A stretch of DNA of 32,000 nt from Geotalea uraniireducens Rf4 (GCF_000016745.1 NC_009483.1:2130001-2162000), one strand, 5' to 3'; shown: positions 1 through 8,922, counted from the first letter of the stretch. Translations and numbers: made by a program. Notes: generated by a model not told the origin, from the letters alone.

Positions 1-1761
1 CGGATCGTAGGTGATGGTTCTCGCGTCGGTTGTCGTATTGCCGAGCGGGTCTGAAGCGATGACGGTTATGGTGTTTGAGCCTCCGCTGAGAAGCAGGGCG
101 GTGCTGAACACTCCATCCACCGTATTTGCCGTCTGGCCGTTAACCTTGACAGTGGAGACGGCAGGATCGGTCAGGCCGGTGACATTGAGTATCGATGAAC
201 TGGTCGTGCTGTTGGAGCTTATGGTTGAAACCGTCAGGGACGGAGGTGTGGTGTTCATGGTTATAATTACGCTCGCGACGGCGCTGTCGCTTCCCGCTTT
301 GGAGGCGGTTACCGTAATCAGGGTATCTCCTGCAATCAGACCGGTAATGGTACTGCTCCAGGTGGTAGGCGTCGGATTTGAAACCGGACCGGGTGTTGCC
401 GCGGTATTACTGGTTATCGCGATGGTTGCCCCCGCATCCATGGTGCCGGTGATGGTCTGGGTAGGGCTGTTGGTCGGTGTTGTCACCGGGTTTATGGCCA
501 GCGTTGTCGCCAAGGGGTTGAAGGTGACGGAGACTTTCTTTTGACTGGTATTGGCAGCCCGGTCTGTGGCCGTGACCGTGATTTCGTTTGCTCCGTTGAC
601 CAGGCCGGAAATGGTGCTGCTCCAGGTTGTAGGCGTCGACAGGACGACCGGTGCGGCTGTGGCGGCTGTATTGGTCGTAATGGTAACGACCGCCTCCGCT
701 TCCACCGTTCCGCTGATGGTTACGCTGCTTGAGCTGGTGATTGTCGGCGGGGGGGCTACGAAAAGCGTCGGTGGTGTTGTGTCGGCGATTGGAGTGGTTC
801 CGCCGTTGATGCCGTAAACTGTCAGGTTGCCGAACCCATTGACGACCAGCAGTCGGTTGCCGAGGGAATCGAATAAGACGTCCGACGGAACGACAAGCTT
901 GCCGTTCGCAGTGCCATAGTTGCCTATGAATCCAAGCTGTGTGCCTGTACCGGCTGGATCGAGTACCTGGACATTGCTTTGGAAGGAATCCACAACGTAC
1001 ATCCTCATTAGTACGGGAGAGGTATCCTTGCTGTATTCGAAGGCTACAGCCTGCGGCGAAGTAAACTTAAGCGGGCCGGAACCGGAGGAGCCTATCGATT
1101 TCAGAAAAGTGCCGGCAGTATTGAAGAATTGAACCCGGCCGTTAAGGGTATCCACCACTGCCAGTTGTTTGGAGCTCTTCTCAAAGGTTATGCCGGTCGG
1201 TATGGAGAACTGTCCCGGAAGTTTTCCCGTGGTGCCGAAACTATTGGCAGGCTTGCCGGTGGCGGCATTACCGGTGGTTACCGTGGTGCCGGCAGCATTG
1301 AATACCTGAATGCAATTGTCGAGGCTGTCCACCACATAAATGAAGCCTGCGGCATCCAGAGCGATGCCGTTGGCCATTTTGAACTGCCCGGCGCCTTTAC
1401 CCAGCTTGAACTTTTCCTTGCCTGTATTGTCCAGTACGGAGACAAAAGTCCCCTGGCCGACAATCAGGTCGCCTCCTTGGGTCACGGCAATTCCCTGGGG
1501 TGTTTTTACCGGGAGGGTGGCGATCAGACTGCCGGAACTGTTGTATTTAAGGATTCCGCCCCCTCTCGGGTCGGTCAGGTAGAAATTGCCGAACTGGTCG
1601 GTGGCGATTTTGATTGGAGCGCTGATTCCCGTCTTTATCGGCGGATCTATGACTTTAACCAGCGGCGCTGTTGCGCTGAATGCCATTTTGACAGGTAAGA
1701 TACACGTGAGCGCAGACAAGATGACGCCCAGAGTTATGAGTTTTCTTGAGACAGCTGTCAT
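1..1761 (-). CDS. Secreted NHL-repeat beta-propeller protein with C-terminal Ig-like T/S/V-rich modules. The 5' end is complete; the 3' end runs off the window.
   Basis: Absent from the ORF track because no stop lies in the window. On the reverse strand, ATG at 1761-1759 is preceded by AGGAGG. Translation starts MTAVSRKLITLGVILSALTCILPVKMAFSA (signal peptide). Repeated NHL-type blades follow (QFGNFYLTD, PQGIAVTQGGDLIV, ANGIALDAAGFIYVVDSLDNCIQVF, PTGITFEKSSKQLAVVDTLNGRVQFF). After these come repeated modules of TxTATD/TITGT type. The frame stays open for all 587 codons down to position 1. The V-rich + strand ORFs at 11-817 are its antisense shadow. Confidence 0.7.
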   Translation of the reverse strand, partial: MTAVSRKLITLGVILSALTCILPVKMAFSATAPLVKVIDPPIKTGISAPIKIATDQFGNFYLTDPRGGGILKYNSSGSLIATLPVKTPQGIAVTQGGDLIVGQGTFVSVLDNTGKEKFKLGKGAGQFKMANGIALDAAGFIYVVDSLDNCIQVFNAAGTTVTTGNAATGKPANSFGTTGKLPGQFSIPTGITFEKSSKQLAVVDTLNGRVQFFNTAGTFLKSIGSSGSGPLKFTSPQAVAFEYSKDTSPVLMRMYVVDSFQSNVQVLDPAGTGTQLGFIGNYGTANGKLVVPSDVLFDSLGNRLLVVNGFGNLTVYGINGGTTPIADTTPPTLFVAPPPTITSSSSVTISGTVEAEAVVTITTNTAATAAPVVLSTPTTWSSTISGLVNGANEITVTATDRAANTSQKKVSVTFNPLATTLAINPVTTPTNSPTQTITGTMDAGATIAITSNTAATPGPVSNPTPTTWSSTITGLIAGDTLITVTASKAGSDSAVASVIITMNTTPPSLTVSTISSNSTTSSSILNVTGLTDPAVSTVKVNGQTANTVDGVFSTALLLSGGSNTITVIASDPLGNTTTDARTITYDP

Positions 1762-1879
1762 AATGCAACGCCTCCTGGCTTTTCTTTGTAGCACGTCGAT
1801 CCGTAGGGGTAGACACATTCCATTGCAAACAAGGTTCGAGAATCTATGTTTGCGCTAATACGCATGCAGTCATGCATTG

Positions 1880-2935
1880 CTACCAGTTTTTGGTTCCATG
1901 GCAAACGCCGATCGAGAAACCTGATGGAAGTTGACCCGGAGAGCAGGTTGCGGTTGCGCCGTTTTTGGTGTAATTGACCGGACCCCTGATGGTCAGCTGC
2001 GGGTTCAGTTCAAATGTTGAGGGGGTATTGAGCCCGCTGAAATGTGACGCGCCGCTGCTTGTTACGGACATATCATGACAATCGGTACACACCAGACCTA
2101 CTTCCGTCAGATGTTTGATGTGCTCGCCTGAGAAAAAGCTGTTGTATTGGGGTGTCTGGAAAGCCGTGCCGGCGGTGTGACACTGGATGCAGTCGGTTCC
2201 CGGATTGATTTTGCCGGTGCGCCAGACAGGGGTTCTCACTCCGCCGTGGCAACTGACATTGCTGCAGGAATTGTCGGGATTGATTGTTGCCGTCCCCGTC
2301 TTTGCACCATAGGCCGGTAAGAACGCCACGGTAAGTTGTTTGCCGTGACCGGAGCTGCCGCTTCCTCCGCCATTGTGGCAGGTGCTGCAAACATCGGCAA
2401 CTCCTGGCAGGGCGTTGTGCTTGCGATGGGCGCCGGATATGTTGGGGAATACCGCCCCCTGCGGCGGCTTGTTATGACAGGTTATGCAGGTGCCGAGAAC
2501 GGGAAGAGAGCCCGGGGTAAGCAATAAATGGCATTTTGAGCATGCCGGTGCATTCGGTCCGCCGCTCAAGGTGGCTCCGTGGCAGGGGGTGCAGGCATTC
2601 CCCAGGTTTGGCGCCTTGTTGTGCTCAGGCCAGGGGACAGGATGGGGGCCGTTGGGATGGCAGGTTTGCGCACCGAGATTGACGGAAAAGCAGCTTACCT
2701 TTGCTATGCCGCCGGTAAGGTCGGCGCCGTGGCACTCCCCGCACTGCCCGGGATTTCCGAGGTACAAGGGCCCATGTTTCGACACCCAGCCTGTCGGGTG
2801 TTGACCGACGACGTCGAGAGCGGGGGCGTTATCGTTTGCCTTGCCGCATCCCCACAGGGAAACAGAGATTATGGCGGCTACCAATATTTTTATGAGTACG
2901 CTTGGTTCACGCATTAATTCTCTCCCGTTCACCAT
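1880..2935 (-). CDS. Lipoprotein multiheme c-type cytochrome (7 CXXCH plus one CX4CH motif), probably the outer-surface partner of a porin-cytochrome conduit.
   Basis: The 351-aa ORF carries the lipobox SLWGC. Canonical heme motifs are CGECH, CTPCH, CSKCH, CITCH, CSTCH, CIQCH and CTDCH. CSNVSCHGG followed by CIQCH matches the Geobacter CxxxxCH...CxxCH repeat pattern. The better start is probably ATG at 2914 (MREPSV...), which is preceded by GGGAGAG; the 2935 start has no RBS. Confidence 0.85.
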   Translation of the reverse strand: MVNGRELMREPSVLIKILVAAIISVSLWGCGKANDNAPALDVVGQHPTGWVSKHGPLYLGNPGQCGECHGADLTGGIAKVSCFSVNLGAQTCHPNGPHPVPWPEHNKAPNLGNACTPCHGATLSGGPNAPACSKCHLLLTPGSLPVLGTCITCHNKPPQGAVFPNISGAHRKHNALPGVADVCSTCHNGGGSGSSGHGKQLTVAFLPAYGAKTGTATINPDNSCSNVSCHGGVRTPVWRTGKINPGTDCIQCHTAGTAFQTPQYNSFFSGEHIKHLTEVGLVCTDCHDMSVTSSGASHFSGLNTPSTFELNPQLTIRGPVNYTKNGATATCSPGQLPSGFSIGVCHGTKNW

Positions 2936-2938
2936 TCA

Positions 2939-3412
2939 CTATTTGTGACAGGTAATGCACTGCTCGTTGTTTGCTCTGCCGTGGCAGCGGTAACAGCCTG
3001 TCGGGTCTATCTTTCCTTCGATCTTGTGTCTGGTCAGAAAATCGCCGCGATGGACCAGTTCCCGGTCGGGACGGTTGCCGTATTTAACGGGCGGCTTGAT
3101 TTCCAGCTGGTTTGCGTGACAGTCGTTGCAGAAGGATGCGACATGACAGACCCCACAGATCTTTTCGTCCCTTCCGGCAGAAAATTTATGATCTTTTATA
3201 AAAATATCATCGTGATTGAATGCCGCGTAAGGTTTAAGCGTTCCTTTGAGCTGGGCCTCATGGCATTCGGAGCAGACCGGTCTTCCTTCCGGCAGTGCTT
3301 CAGGATGGGATGGGGAAACGCTCGTTTCCGTGGAAAAGAGATGACTGCATGCGGTGATGAGCATGATGCAGGTTATCAGCGCCGCAGGGATAAAGAGCTT
3401 TTTGCAGATCAT
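2939..3412 (-). CDS. Small pentaheme c-type cytochrome (cytochrome c3-like), periplasmic or lipid-anchored.
   Basis: 157 aa with a signal peptide and a possible lipobox (LITAC). Five CXXCH motifs: CSECH, CGVCH, CNDCH, CYRCH, CITCH. Its start codon overlaps the stop of the upstream porin gene (3409-3412). Confidence 0.85.
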   Translation of the reverse strand: MICKKLFIPAALITCIMLITACSHLFSTETSVSPSHPEALPEGRPVCSECHEAQLKGTLKPYAAFNHDDIFIKDHKFSAGRDEKICGVCHVASFCNDCHANQLEIKPPVKYGNRPDRELVHRGDFLTRHKIEGKIDPTGCYRCHGRANNEQCITCHK

Positions 3413-4704
3413 TTGCCGGCTCCTTTGTTGGTATAGTTGTAATTGTAGGTCAGTCTGAGCACGCCCCTCAGGTCTTCCGTCATTCTCGGGTTTTCGCCGT
3501 AGCTCAGGTCGCCGGAGAGTGCCAGATTGGGCATTATCCGATAACCTATGGATGCGATCGCCTCGAATGCAGTTTTTCTGCCGTCTATGCTGTCGTCGAA
3601 GATGTGGGAGATGGCGTCGAGGCTGCCGAAATACCGGGCCTGATCGTAAAGGGCGTAACCGCGTACTTCATGAAAGGAATTGATGCCGCTGGCCGCATCG
3701 AGGCGATGATAAGAGAAGCCGGACCTGAGCTTGTTGTTCGCCAGCGTGAGTCTGAGCTCTGCACCGAAGCGATTGGAATTCCCTTTGCTGTCGCGCTGAT
3801 AACGCTTGTAATCGGCAGTGACCTCAACCGGTTTGGCTATCGTGTAGGTGACGCTGCCGCCATAGGATTTGAATTTGTCCCCCGCATCGGGATTGAACAG
3901 GGAACGGAGGTTCGTGTCTGAAAAATAGTCCTTGAGATTGTACTGGTTGAATAGAGCGCTGATGATCAGCGGCGTGGAGGGTCTCACGGTAAGGACGTAA
4001 CTGTTTTCGGATATGCCGCTGGTGGCGGTGTTGTAGAAGGTCCGGCCGCTCAGTTCCACCATTTTGTGGGGGCTCAGCCAGATGTCCCCCCCAACCAGTT
4101 GCCGATAGTCTTTGAGATCGCTGTTCGGACCGTTCCGGTCCATCCCCCCTTCGTGGACGATGGATCCGCCCAGCTCAAGGAGACCCGCATAACGATAACT
4201 GAGCCGGCCGCCGACGATATAGTTACCCTTGTTGTCGTTGGCCCGATCGAGGGTGACCGGTGTGCCGCTGAAAAGAGATAGCGCCAGTCCCTGGTATGTC
4301 GGGAGCAGGTCGGCCCTGGCGGAGATGCCGTTGATCGATTCGACTATGCCGCCTTCATAGATGAAGAACCGGCCGGCTTTTATTTCACCGTTTGCCTTTG
4401 GGAAGTTGTAACGCAGGTAGCCGTAGGTGAGGTCGCCGTCGCTTTTACTGCCGTCAGTGCTCTTATCCGCCAGATCGAGTCTCCCCCAGCCGTAAAAATG
4501 AAAGGAGAGGTTTTCGTCGCCGATTCTGTCCAGATCCGCCCCAAGAAACTGGGTGGCAGGCACCAGAGTCTGCTTGTTAAATTCGGGGATACTCCGTTCT
4601 TCGAACCTGAACAGCGTGGTCGAGTTGATTGCTGCATCGGTTGCCATGGACAGCGTCGGCAGCAGTGAAACAAGAAAGACAATGGTACTCGCGAGAATCT
4701 TCAT
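3409..4704 (-). CDS. Porin-like outer-membrane beta-barrel protein of a porin-cytochrome cluster.
   Basis: The ORF is open to 4770. The likely start is ATG at 4704 (MKILASTIVFLVSLLPTLSMA signal peptide), with GGAGAG 6 nt upstream. The sequence has alternating amphipathic strands rich in G/Y/S/R (LSYRYAGLLELGGSIVHEG, VTADYKRY, GAELRLTL, GVLRLTYNY). It contains no heme motifs. It sits directly upstream of two cytochromes. Confidence 0.7.
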   Translation of the reverse strand: MKILASTIVFLVSLLPTLSMATDAAINSTTLFRFEERSIPEFNKQTLVPATQFLGADLDRIGDENLSFHFYGWGRLDLADKSTDGSKSDGDLTYGYLRYNFPKANGEIKAGRFFIYEGGIVESINGISARADLLPTYQGLALSLFSGTPVTLDRANDNKGNYIVGGRLSYRYAGLLELGGSIVHEGGMDRNGPNSDLKDYRQLVGGDIWLSPHKMVELSGRTFYNTATSGISENSYVLTVRPSTPLIISALFNQYNLKDYFSDTNLRSLFNPDAGDKFKSYGGSVTYTIAKPVEVTADYKRYQRDSKGNSNRFGAELRLTLANNKLRSGFSYHRLDAASGINSFHEVRGYALYDQARYFGSLDAISHIFDDSIDGRKTAFEAIASIGYRIMPNLALSGDLSYGENPRMTEDLRGVLRLTYNYNYTNKGAGK

Positions 4705-4742
4705 GGATACTCTCCACTTGCGCATAAAATCTAAGCTTAAAA

Positions 4743-4770
4743 ATTTTACACGCAGATTCCTCGCTGTCAA
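4743..4770 (-). promoter_or_regulatory. Sigma70-type promoter candidate for the porin-cytochrome operon.
   Basis: The reverse strand reads TTGACA (4770-4765), a 16-nt spacer, then TAAAAT (4748-4743). This is about 40 nt upstream of the 4704 start. An AT-rich tract lies just upstream at 4785-4815. Confidence 0.4.
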
Positions 4771-4915
4771 TACAGTATTGGCGGGCTTTAATTGTAATTA
4801 TTGTTAATTAAATGGCTGCTGGGTGGGCTTTGACAAAGGAATGTTTGGAAAAGATCCATAGCCAATCACTCCTGGCAAACCTCCGGGTTGTTGCAGATCT
4901 CGATAAGAGCTTCCA

Positions 4916-4952
4916 GGCGAAAATCGGCCAACTGTGCTGGCTGATTTTCGCC
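4916..4952. repeat. Inverted repeat with a 15-bp stem and 7-nt loop, lying between the response-regulator stop and the porin promoter.
   Basis: GGCGAAAATCGGCCA (4916-4930) pairs with TGGCTGATTTTCGCC (4938-4952). The outer 10 bp are perfect and there is one internal non-Watson-Crick position. No U-tract follows on the transcribed (minus) strand. Confidence 0.6.
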
Positions 4953-5025
4953 ACAATTGAACAGCGTTAAGATTGAAGGGGGGATACTGCGATCGGCAAC
5001 CGAAGATACAGGAGGTTCCCGGATG

Positions 5026-6396
5026 CTACAGGTTAAGCTTCGTCATTTTGTAGCGCAGGGTTCCGCGTGGTATCTTGAGGATTTGCGCGGCCTGAAGCAC
5101 ATTGCCGCTGCTTTTTTCCAGTGCGGCGCGGATCAATCTCTTTTCGAACCGTTCGACGGCCTGTTCCAGGTCAAGGTCCTCTTCGATGGGTTCCAGGATG
5201 TGTGCACCATTCCTGTCGGCATCTCCTGCGTTGATCTCGATGGGGAGATAGGAGGGCAACAGTACCGGCCCTTCGTGCATGATGCAGATCTTTTCGATGA
5301 CGTTTTTCAGTTCCCGGATGTTTCCCGGCCAGGAATACGACTCAAGCAGCTGCAGCGCTTCCTTTGAAATCTCCTGAAAATTGCGGGAAAAGGTCTTGTT
5401 GTATTTTTCCAGGTAGAATTTTGCCAGGACCGGGACATCTTCCCGCCGCTCGCGGAGGGGAGCGATGTGGAGCGGGAAGACATTGAGGCGGTAGAAGAGG
5501 TCTTCCCGGAAAGTCCCTTTCCTGATTGCATCCTTCAGGTTGCGGTTCGTGGCGGAAATCAGCCGGACGTCGATGTCGATGGTTTTTGTCCCGCCGACCC
5601 TGCGGATCTTTCTCTCCTCAAGCACCCTGAGCAGTTTTGCCTGCATGGTCGGTTCCATCTCGCCGACCTCGTCGAGAAAGAGGGTCCCCTTGTTGGCTTC
5701 TTCGAACAGGCCCGGCTTGCGCTGCCGTGCATCGGTAAACGCGCCTTTTTCGTGGCCGAAGAGTTCGCTTTCCAGCAGATTCACCGGAATGGATGCACAG
5801 TTGATCTCGATGAAGGGCGCATCCCGCCGGTCCGAAAGGTGGTGGATGGCTTTGGCGACAAGCTCCTTGCCGGTTCCCGATTCGCCGGTCAACAGAACAG
5901 TAGCCGCAGTGAATCTGGCAACTTCCTTGGCCTGGCGGACGATCTCCTTTTGGATGGCACTGGCTCCCACCATCGGCACCTTTTCAAAAAGCTCCAGGTC
6001 TCCGCGGCGGATGGCGCGCACTTCCCGCTTCAGGCTGTTGGTCTGCAGGGCAAGCTTGACGATGACCCGCAGCGCATCGGCCTTGAACGGTTTTTTCATA
6101 TAGTGGAACGCCCCCATTTTAAGGGAGTCTACAGCGCTTTCCACCGAGCCGAACCCGGTGATGATGATGACCAGTATGTCCGGATCGATCTCCTTCAGGG
6201 ATCTCAGGACGTCGATGCCGTTTTCCGTGCCCAGGTTCAGGTCGAGAAGCACCAGGTCGACCTCTTCTTCGGAAACCAGTTCCAGGGCTTTCTTCCCCCC
6301 CTCGGCGGACAGGACCTGATACCCTTCCTCGTTCAGTATGCGCTCGACGTTTTCACGGATAAAGGCTTCGTCGTCTATGATCAGAATTTTTTCCAT
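5026..6396 (-). CDS. Sigma54-dependent response regulator (NtrC family: receiver + AAA+ + Fis-type HTH).
   Basis: 456 aa. Receiver domain: ILIIDDE...DLVLLDLNL. AAA+ Walker A: GESGTGKE. ESELFGHEKGAFTDA (GAFTGA-type loop). Walker B: TLFLDEVGEM. C-terminal HTH: AAQILKIPRGTLRYKM. Confidence 0.93.
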   Translation of the reverse strand: MEKILIIDDEAFIRENVERILNEEGYQVLSAEGGKKALELVSEEEVDLVLLDLNLGTENGIDVLRSLKEIDPDILVIIITGFGSVESAVDSLKMGAFHYMKKPFKADALRVIVKLALQTNSLKREVRAIRRGDLELFEKVPMVGASAIQKEIVRQAKEVARFTAATVLLTGESGTGKELVAKAIHHLSDRRDAPFIEINCASIPVNLLESELFGHEKGAFTDARQRKPGLFEEANKGTLFLDEVGEMEPTMQAKLLRVLEERKIRRVGGTKTIDIDVRLISATNRNLKDAIRKGTFREDLFYRLNVFPLHIAPLRERREDVPVLAKFYLEKYNKTFSRNFQEISKEALQLLESYSWPGNIRELKNVIEKICIMHEGPVLLPSYLPIEINAGDADRNGAHILEPIEEDLDLEQAVERFEKRLIRAALEKSSGNVLQAAQILKIPRGTLRYKMTKLNL

Positions 6397-6423
6397 GGGA
6401 ATCCTTTGTCAGGGCGGTTTCGG

Positions 6424-8922
6424 CTATTCCGTTTTCAGCGGCAGAGAGACGCTGAAAACAGTCCCGTTTCCCTTGCTGCTCGTTACGGTAATCCTGCCGT
6501 GGTGTTCATCGATGATTCTCTGGGTTATGGAGAGACCAAGGCCGGTGCCGCCAGTTTTGCGGGTAAAAAATGGCTCGAACAGCAGGGGGATGTCTTCCGG
6601 TTCTATCCCCTGGCCATTGTCGGAGACGTTTATTATCGCGGCATCCCCGGCGAGAGCGGTGGAAATCTCGATTTTACCCCCTTCGGGCAAAGCTCCGAGG
6701 GCATTTTTACTGATATTCAGCAGCGCCTGCCTGATTTTCCCCGCATCGAATGGGAACGAAGGGATCTCTTGCAAGGACGAGACCAGTTCGACACCCTGTT
6801 TTTCGCATTCCTTCTTGAAAAGGAGCAGGGTGTCCTGAACGACCCGGTTTATGTCACCTTCCCTGAATTCCGCTTTTGGCGGGGAAGCGTAATTCAGCAG
6901 GGAAGAGATGAGCCGTTCCACCCGCTCGATTTCTGCAAGCGCCTTTCCCATCATCGCCTGGCTTTCGCTGTCCACTGCCGGCCGGTCATGGAGATCATCC
7001 AGCAACAGGGAAATGCCGGTAAGGGGGTTCCGGATCTCGTGGGCAATGCCGGCGGAGAGTTTCCCGAGGGACACCAGCCTGTCCATGCGGATCATCTCTT
7101 CCCGCATCTGCTCCTTTTCCGTCTCATCCCTCATGGTTACGGTGATTCCCTTGTCTCCATCGTCGCCGATGGGGAAAAATCCCACTTCGAAATGGCGGGC
7201 ATTGCCGTTGATTTCGGTGATGAGCGGTTCTCTGCCGTAACCTTTTTCTTTCCTGATCACCCGTGCAATCCGTTCTCCCATGTCGCCCCAGCCCTCGAAG
7301 AGAGCAGAGAAATGAACGCCGGAGAGCACATCATCGCCGAGAAACTTTTTCCCGGTGCTGTTTATCGAGGTAAGGAGGCCGTCGGACGAGATGGTAAGAA
7401 TGGCGCTCGATATACTTTCCAGGATGCGTTCCTTGAAATTCCGCTCTTTCATGATCTGGCGCTGTGAAGCCTGGAGTTCTTCGAGGGTGGTGAGCAGGCT
7501 CTCCTTGCGCGATTCCAGTTCTGCGGCCATTTTATTGAAATCGTCCGCCAGTTCTCCCAGTTCGTCGCTGGAACCGACCGGCACCCGGTTGCCCGTTTCT
7601 CCGTGGGCAAGCTTTCTTGCTTCAGCGGTTAAGAGGGCGAGCGGTCTGGTAATCCCCCGCGAGAGATACCATGCGCACAGAACTACCGTCAGCGCCGTTA
7701 TGAAAAGAAACAGTGCGCTCTGCCGGATATGTTTCCGCAGCTGTCCGCTGATGATGCCGCCTCCGGTCTTTGCGGCTTCGTGAAACTGGTCGACCTGGAA
7801 GCCGATGGTGACCGCGCCGAAAATGCCGTGCTTGGCATAATCTCCGGTAGAGTAGAGAATCGGGGCGAATGCCATGACCTTCTTTGCTCCGCCGACGTTG
7901 GTGATGTCCGCATAGCCGCCTTTTTTCTCCCTGGCCAGTTGGGCGACAACGGGATATTGCGGATGGATGAAACCTGCGTAATCGAGATTGAAAGGAATCC
8001 TCCCCTGCTTCACATCATCGGCGGAAGATGAAGCCGTATAGGGGGGGACCGCTTTTCCCGTTTTATCCATCCCCCGGATATCCCAGAATTTCGGGTGGGT
8101 GATAATCCATCCCTCGTCGTCGAAGATAAAGGCATAGTTGCCGCTCTTGTAGGAAGGGAAAACCGTGGACCGCTCCTTGCCCGGCAGGATGTGCTGGGAG
8201 AACTCCATGAGATGGCGGTGGTCGAGGGACAAGACGGCAACTCCCTCAAACTTCCCGTCTTTGCCGAACAAGGGGGTGGCAAAGCGGATCACCCCCCGGA
8301 ACGTTTTTCCGCCGAAGGCGTTTTCCGGGTCGGTTGCTCCGGCCAGCTGCTCATCCTTGGTAATGTGGAAGCCGGTCACGCGGGATACGTAAATTTCCCC
8401 TTTTTTCAGCCGCGCGGCACGGCTGAAGTACTGCTCGTTTTTGAACTCCGTGTTGGCGGGGATGGAAACATCGACAAGCCTTTCGCCCGGCACGACTCGG
8501 CCGTCCGTTATGGCAAAACGCTGTCTGCCCTTTTTGTCTATGATCTCCAGGGATGAGTAGCGAGGGACCCATTCCTTCACTTCCCGGGGAGCGGCTGCAC
8601 TCCCTTGCCGATACCAGATCTCGCCGTTCCTGCTTTTGTAGAAAGAAGTGAGAATCTCCGGCGCACGGGGGAGGGACGCCACCAGCAACAGGTCCGCCTC
8701 GCACCCCTTGAGGAATAGGGTTATGTATTCGGCTGTCTGTCGCGCCCGCATCTCCAGGTTTTCCGACGCCTGAAGATCGGTCGAGTCCGCGATCCTTTCG
8801 GCAAGTTTTTCGCCTGTTCTGCTCAGGTTGAGGAAAAGAATGGACGAGGAGCAGAGCAGCGGGATCAGGGAGAGGGTCAGCATGGCCAAGAGGATTTTTT
8901 TGAAAAGGGTATGTTTTCTCAA
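6424..8922 (-). CDS. Sensor histidine kinase (two TM segments flanking a large Cache-like periplasmic domain, then HAMP, PAS, HisKA and HATPase domains).
   Basis: 832 aa, with a TTG start preceded by AAGGAAA. TM1 is at the N-terminus and TM2 is around LFLFITALTVVLCAWYL. It is followed by a HAMP-like region (RGITRPLALLTAEARKLAHGE). H-box: SAGIAHEIRNPLTGI. N, G1 and G2 boxes: NISKNALGAL, DNGQGI, GGTGLGLSI. It ends 27 nt upstream of the response-regulator gene. Confidence 0.9.
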   Translation of the reverse strand: MRKHTLFKKILLAMLTLSLIPLLCSSSILFLNLSRTGEKLAERIADSTDLQASENLEMRARQTAEYITLFLKGCEADLLLVASLPRAPEILTSFYKSRNGEIWYRQGSAAAPREVKEWVPRYSSLEIIDKKGRQRFAITDGRVVPGERLVDVSIPANTEFKNEQYFSRAARLKKGEIYVSRVTGFHITKDEQLAGATDPENAFGGKTFRGVIRFATPLFGKDGKFEGVAVLSLDHRHLMEFSQHILPGKERSTVFPSYKSGNYAFIFDDEGWIITHPKFWDIRGMDKTGKAVPPYTASSSADDVKQGRIPFNLDYAGFIHPQYPVVAQLAREKKGGYADITNVGGAKKVMAFAPILYSTGDYAKHGIFGAVTIGFQVDQFHEAAKTGGGIISGQLRKHIRQSALFLFITALTVVLCAWYLSRGITRPLALLTAEARKLAHGETGNRVPVGSSDELGELADDFNKMAAELESRKESLLTTLEELQASQRQIMKERNFKERILESISSAILTISSDGLLTSINSTGKKFLGDDVLSGVHFSALFEGWGDMGERIARVIRKEKGYGREPLITEINGNARHFEVGFFPIGDDGDKGITVTMRDETEKEQMREEMIRMDRLVSLGKLSAGIAHEIRNPLTGISLLLDDLHDRPAVDSESQAMMGKALAEIERVERLISSLLNYASPPKAEFREGDINRVVQDTLLLFKKECEKQGVELVSSLQEIPSFPFDAGKIRQALLNISKNALGALPEGGKIEISTALAGDAAIINVSDNGQGIEPEDIPLLFEPFFTRKTGGTGLGLSITQRIIDEHHGRITVTSSKGNGTVFSVSLPLKTE

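Noticed and set aside
11-1858. A series of + strand ORFs (11-544, 551-817, 1129-1698, and others) encoding V/A/G-rich peptides.
   Set aside because: They are antisense shadows of the long minus-strand NHL/Ig-like gene (1761 to the window edge). That gene has an RBS, a signal peptide and recognisable repeats. The + strand products are low-complexity and have no start context.
1762-1879. A possible GEMM-type cyclic-dinucleotide riboswitch upstream of the NHL gene, as is common near Geobacter cytochrome genes.
   Set aside because: Only loose resemblances were found (GCGCAAAC, ACGTGCTACAAAG). The conserved GEMM cores and paired-helix arrangement are absent. Only a simple GCAAAC...GTTTGC hairpin is present.
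4771-5025. Candidate sigma54 -24/-12 elements (TGGCTATGGATCTTTTCC, TGGCCGATTTTCGCC, TGGCGAAAATCAGCC on the minus strand).
   Set aside because: The GG-to-GC spacing is wrong by one or more nucleotides, or the -12 GC is missing. Two of the three are simply the arms of the 4916-4952 palindrome.
5467-7467. A 666-aa + strand ORF spanning the response-regulator and kinase genes.
   Set aside because: It crosses the boundary of two well-supported minus-strand genes and has no motifs. It is the typical long antisense ORF seen in high-GC DNA.
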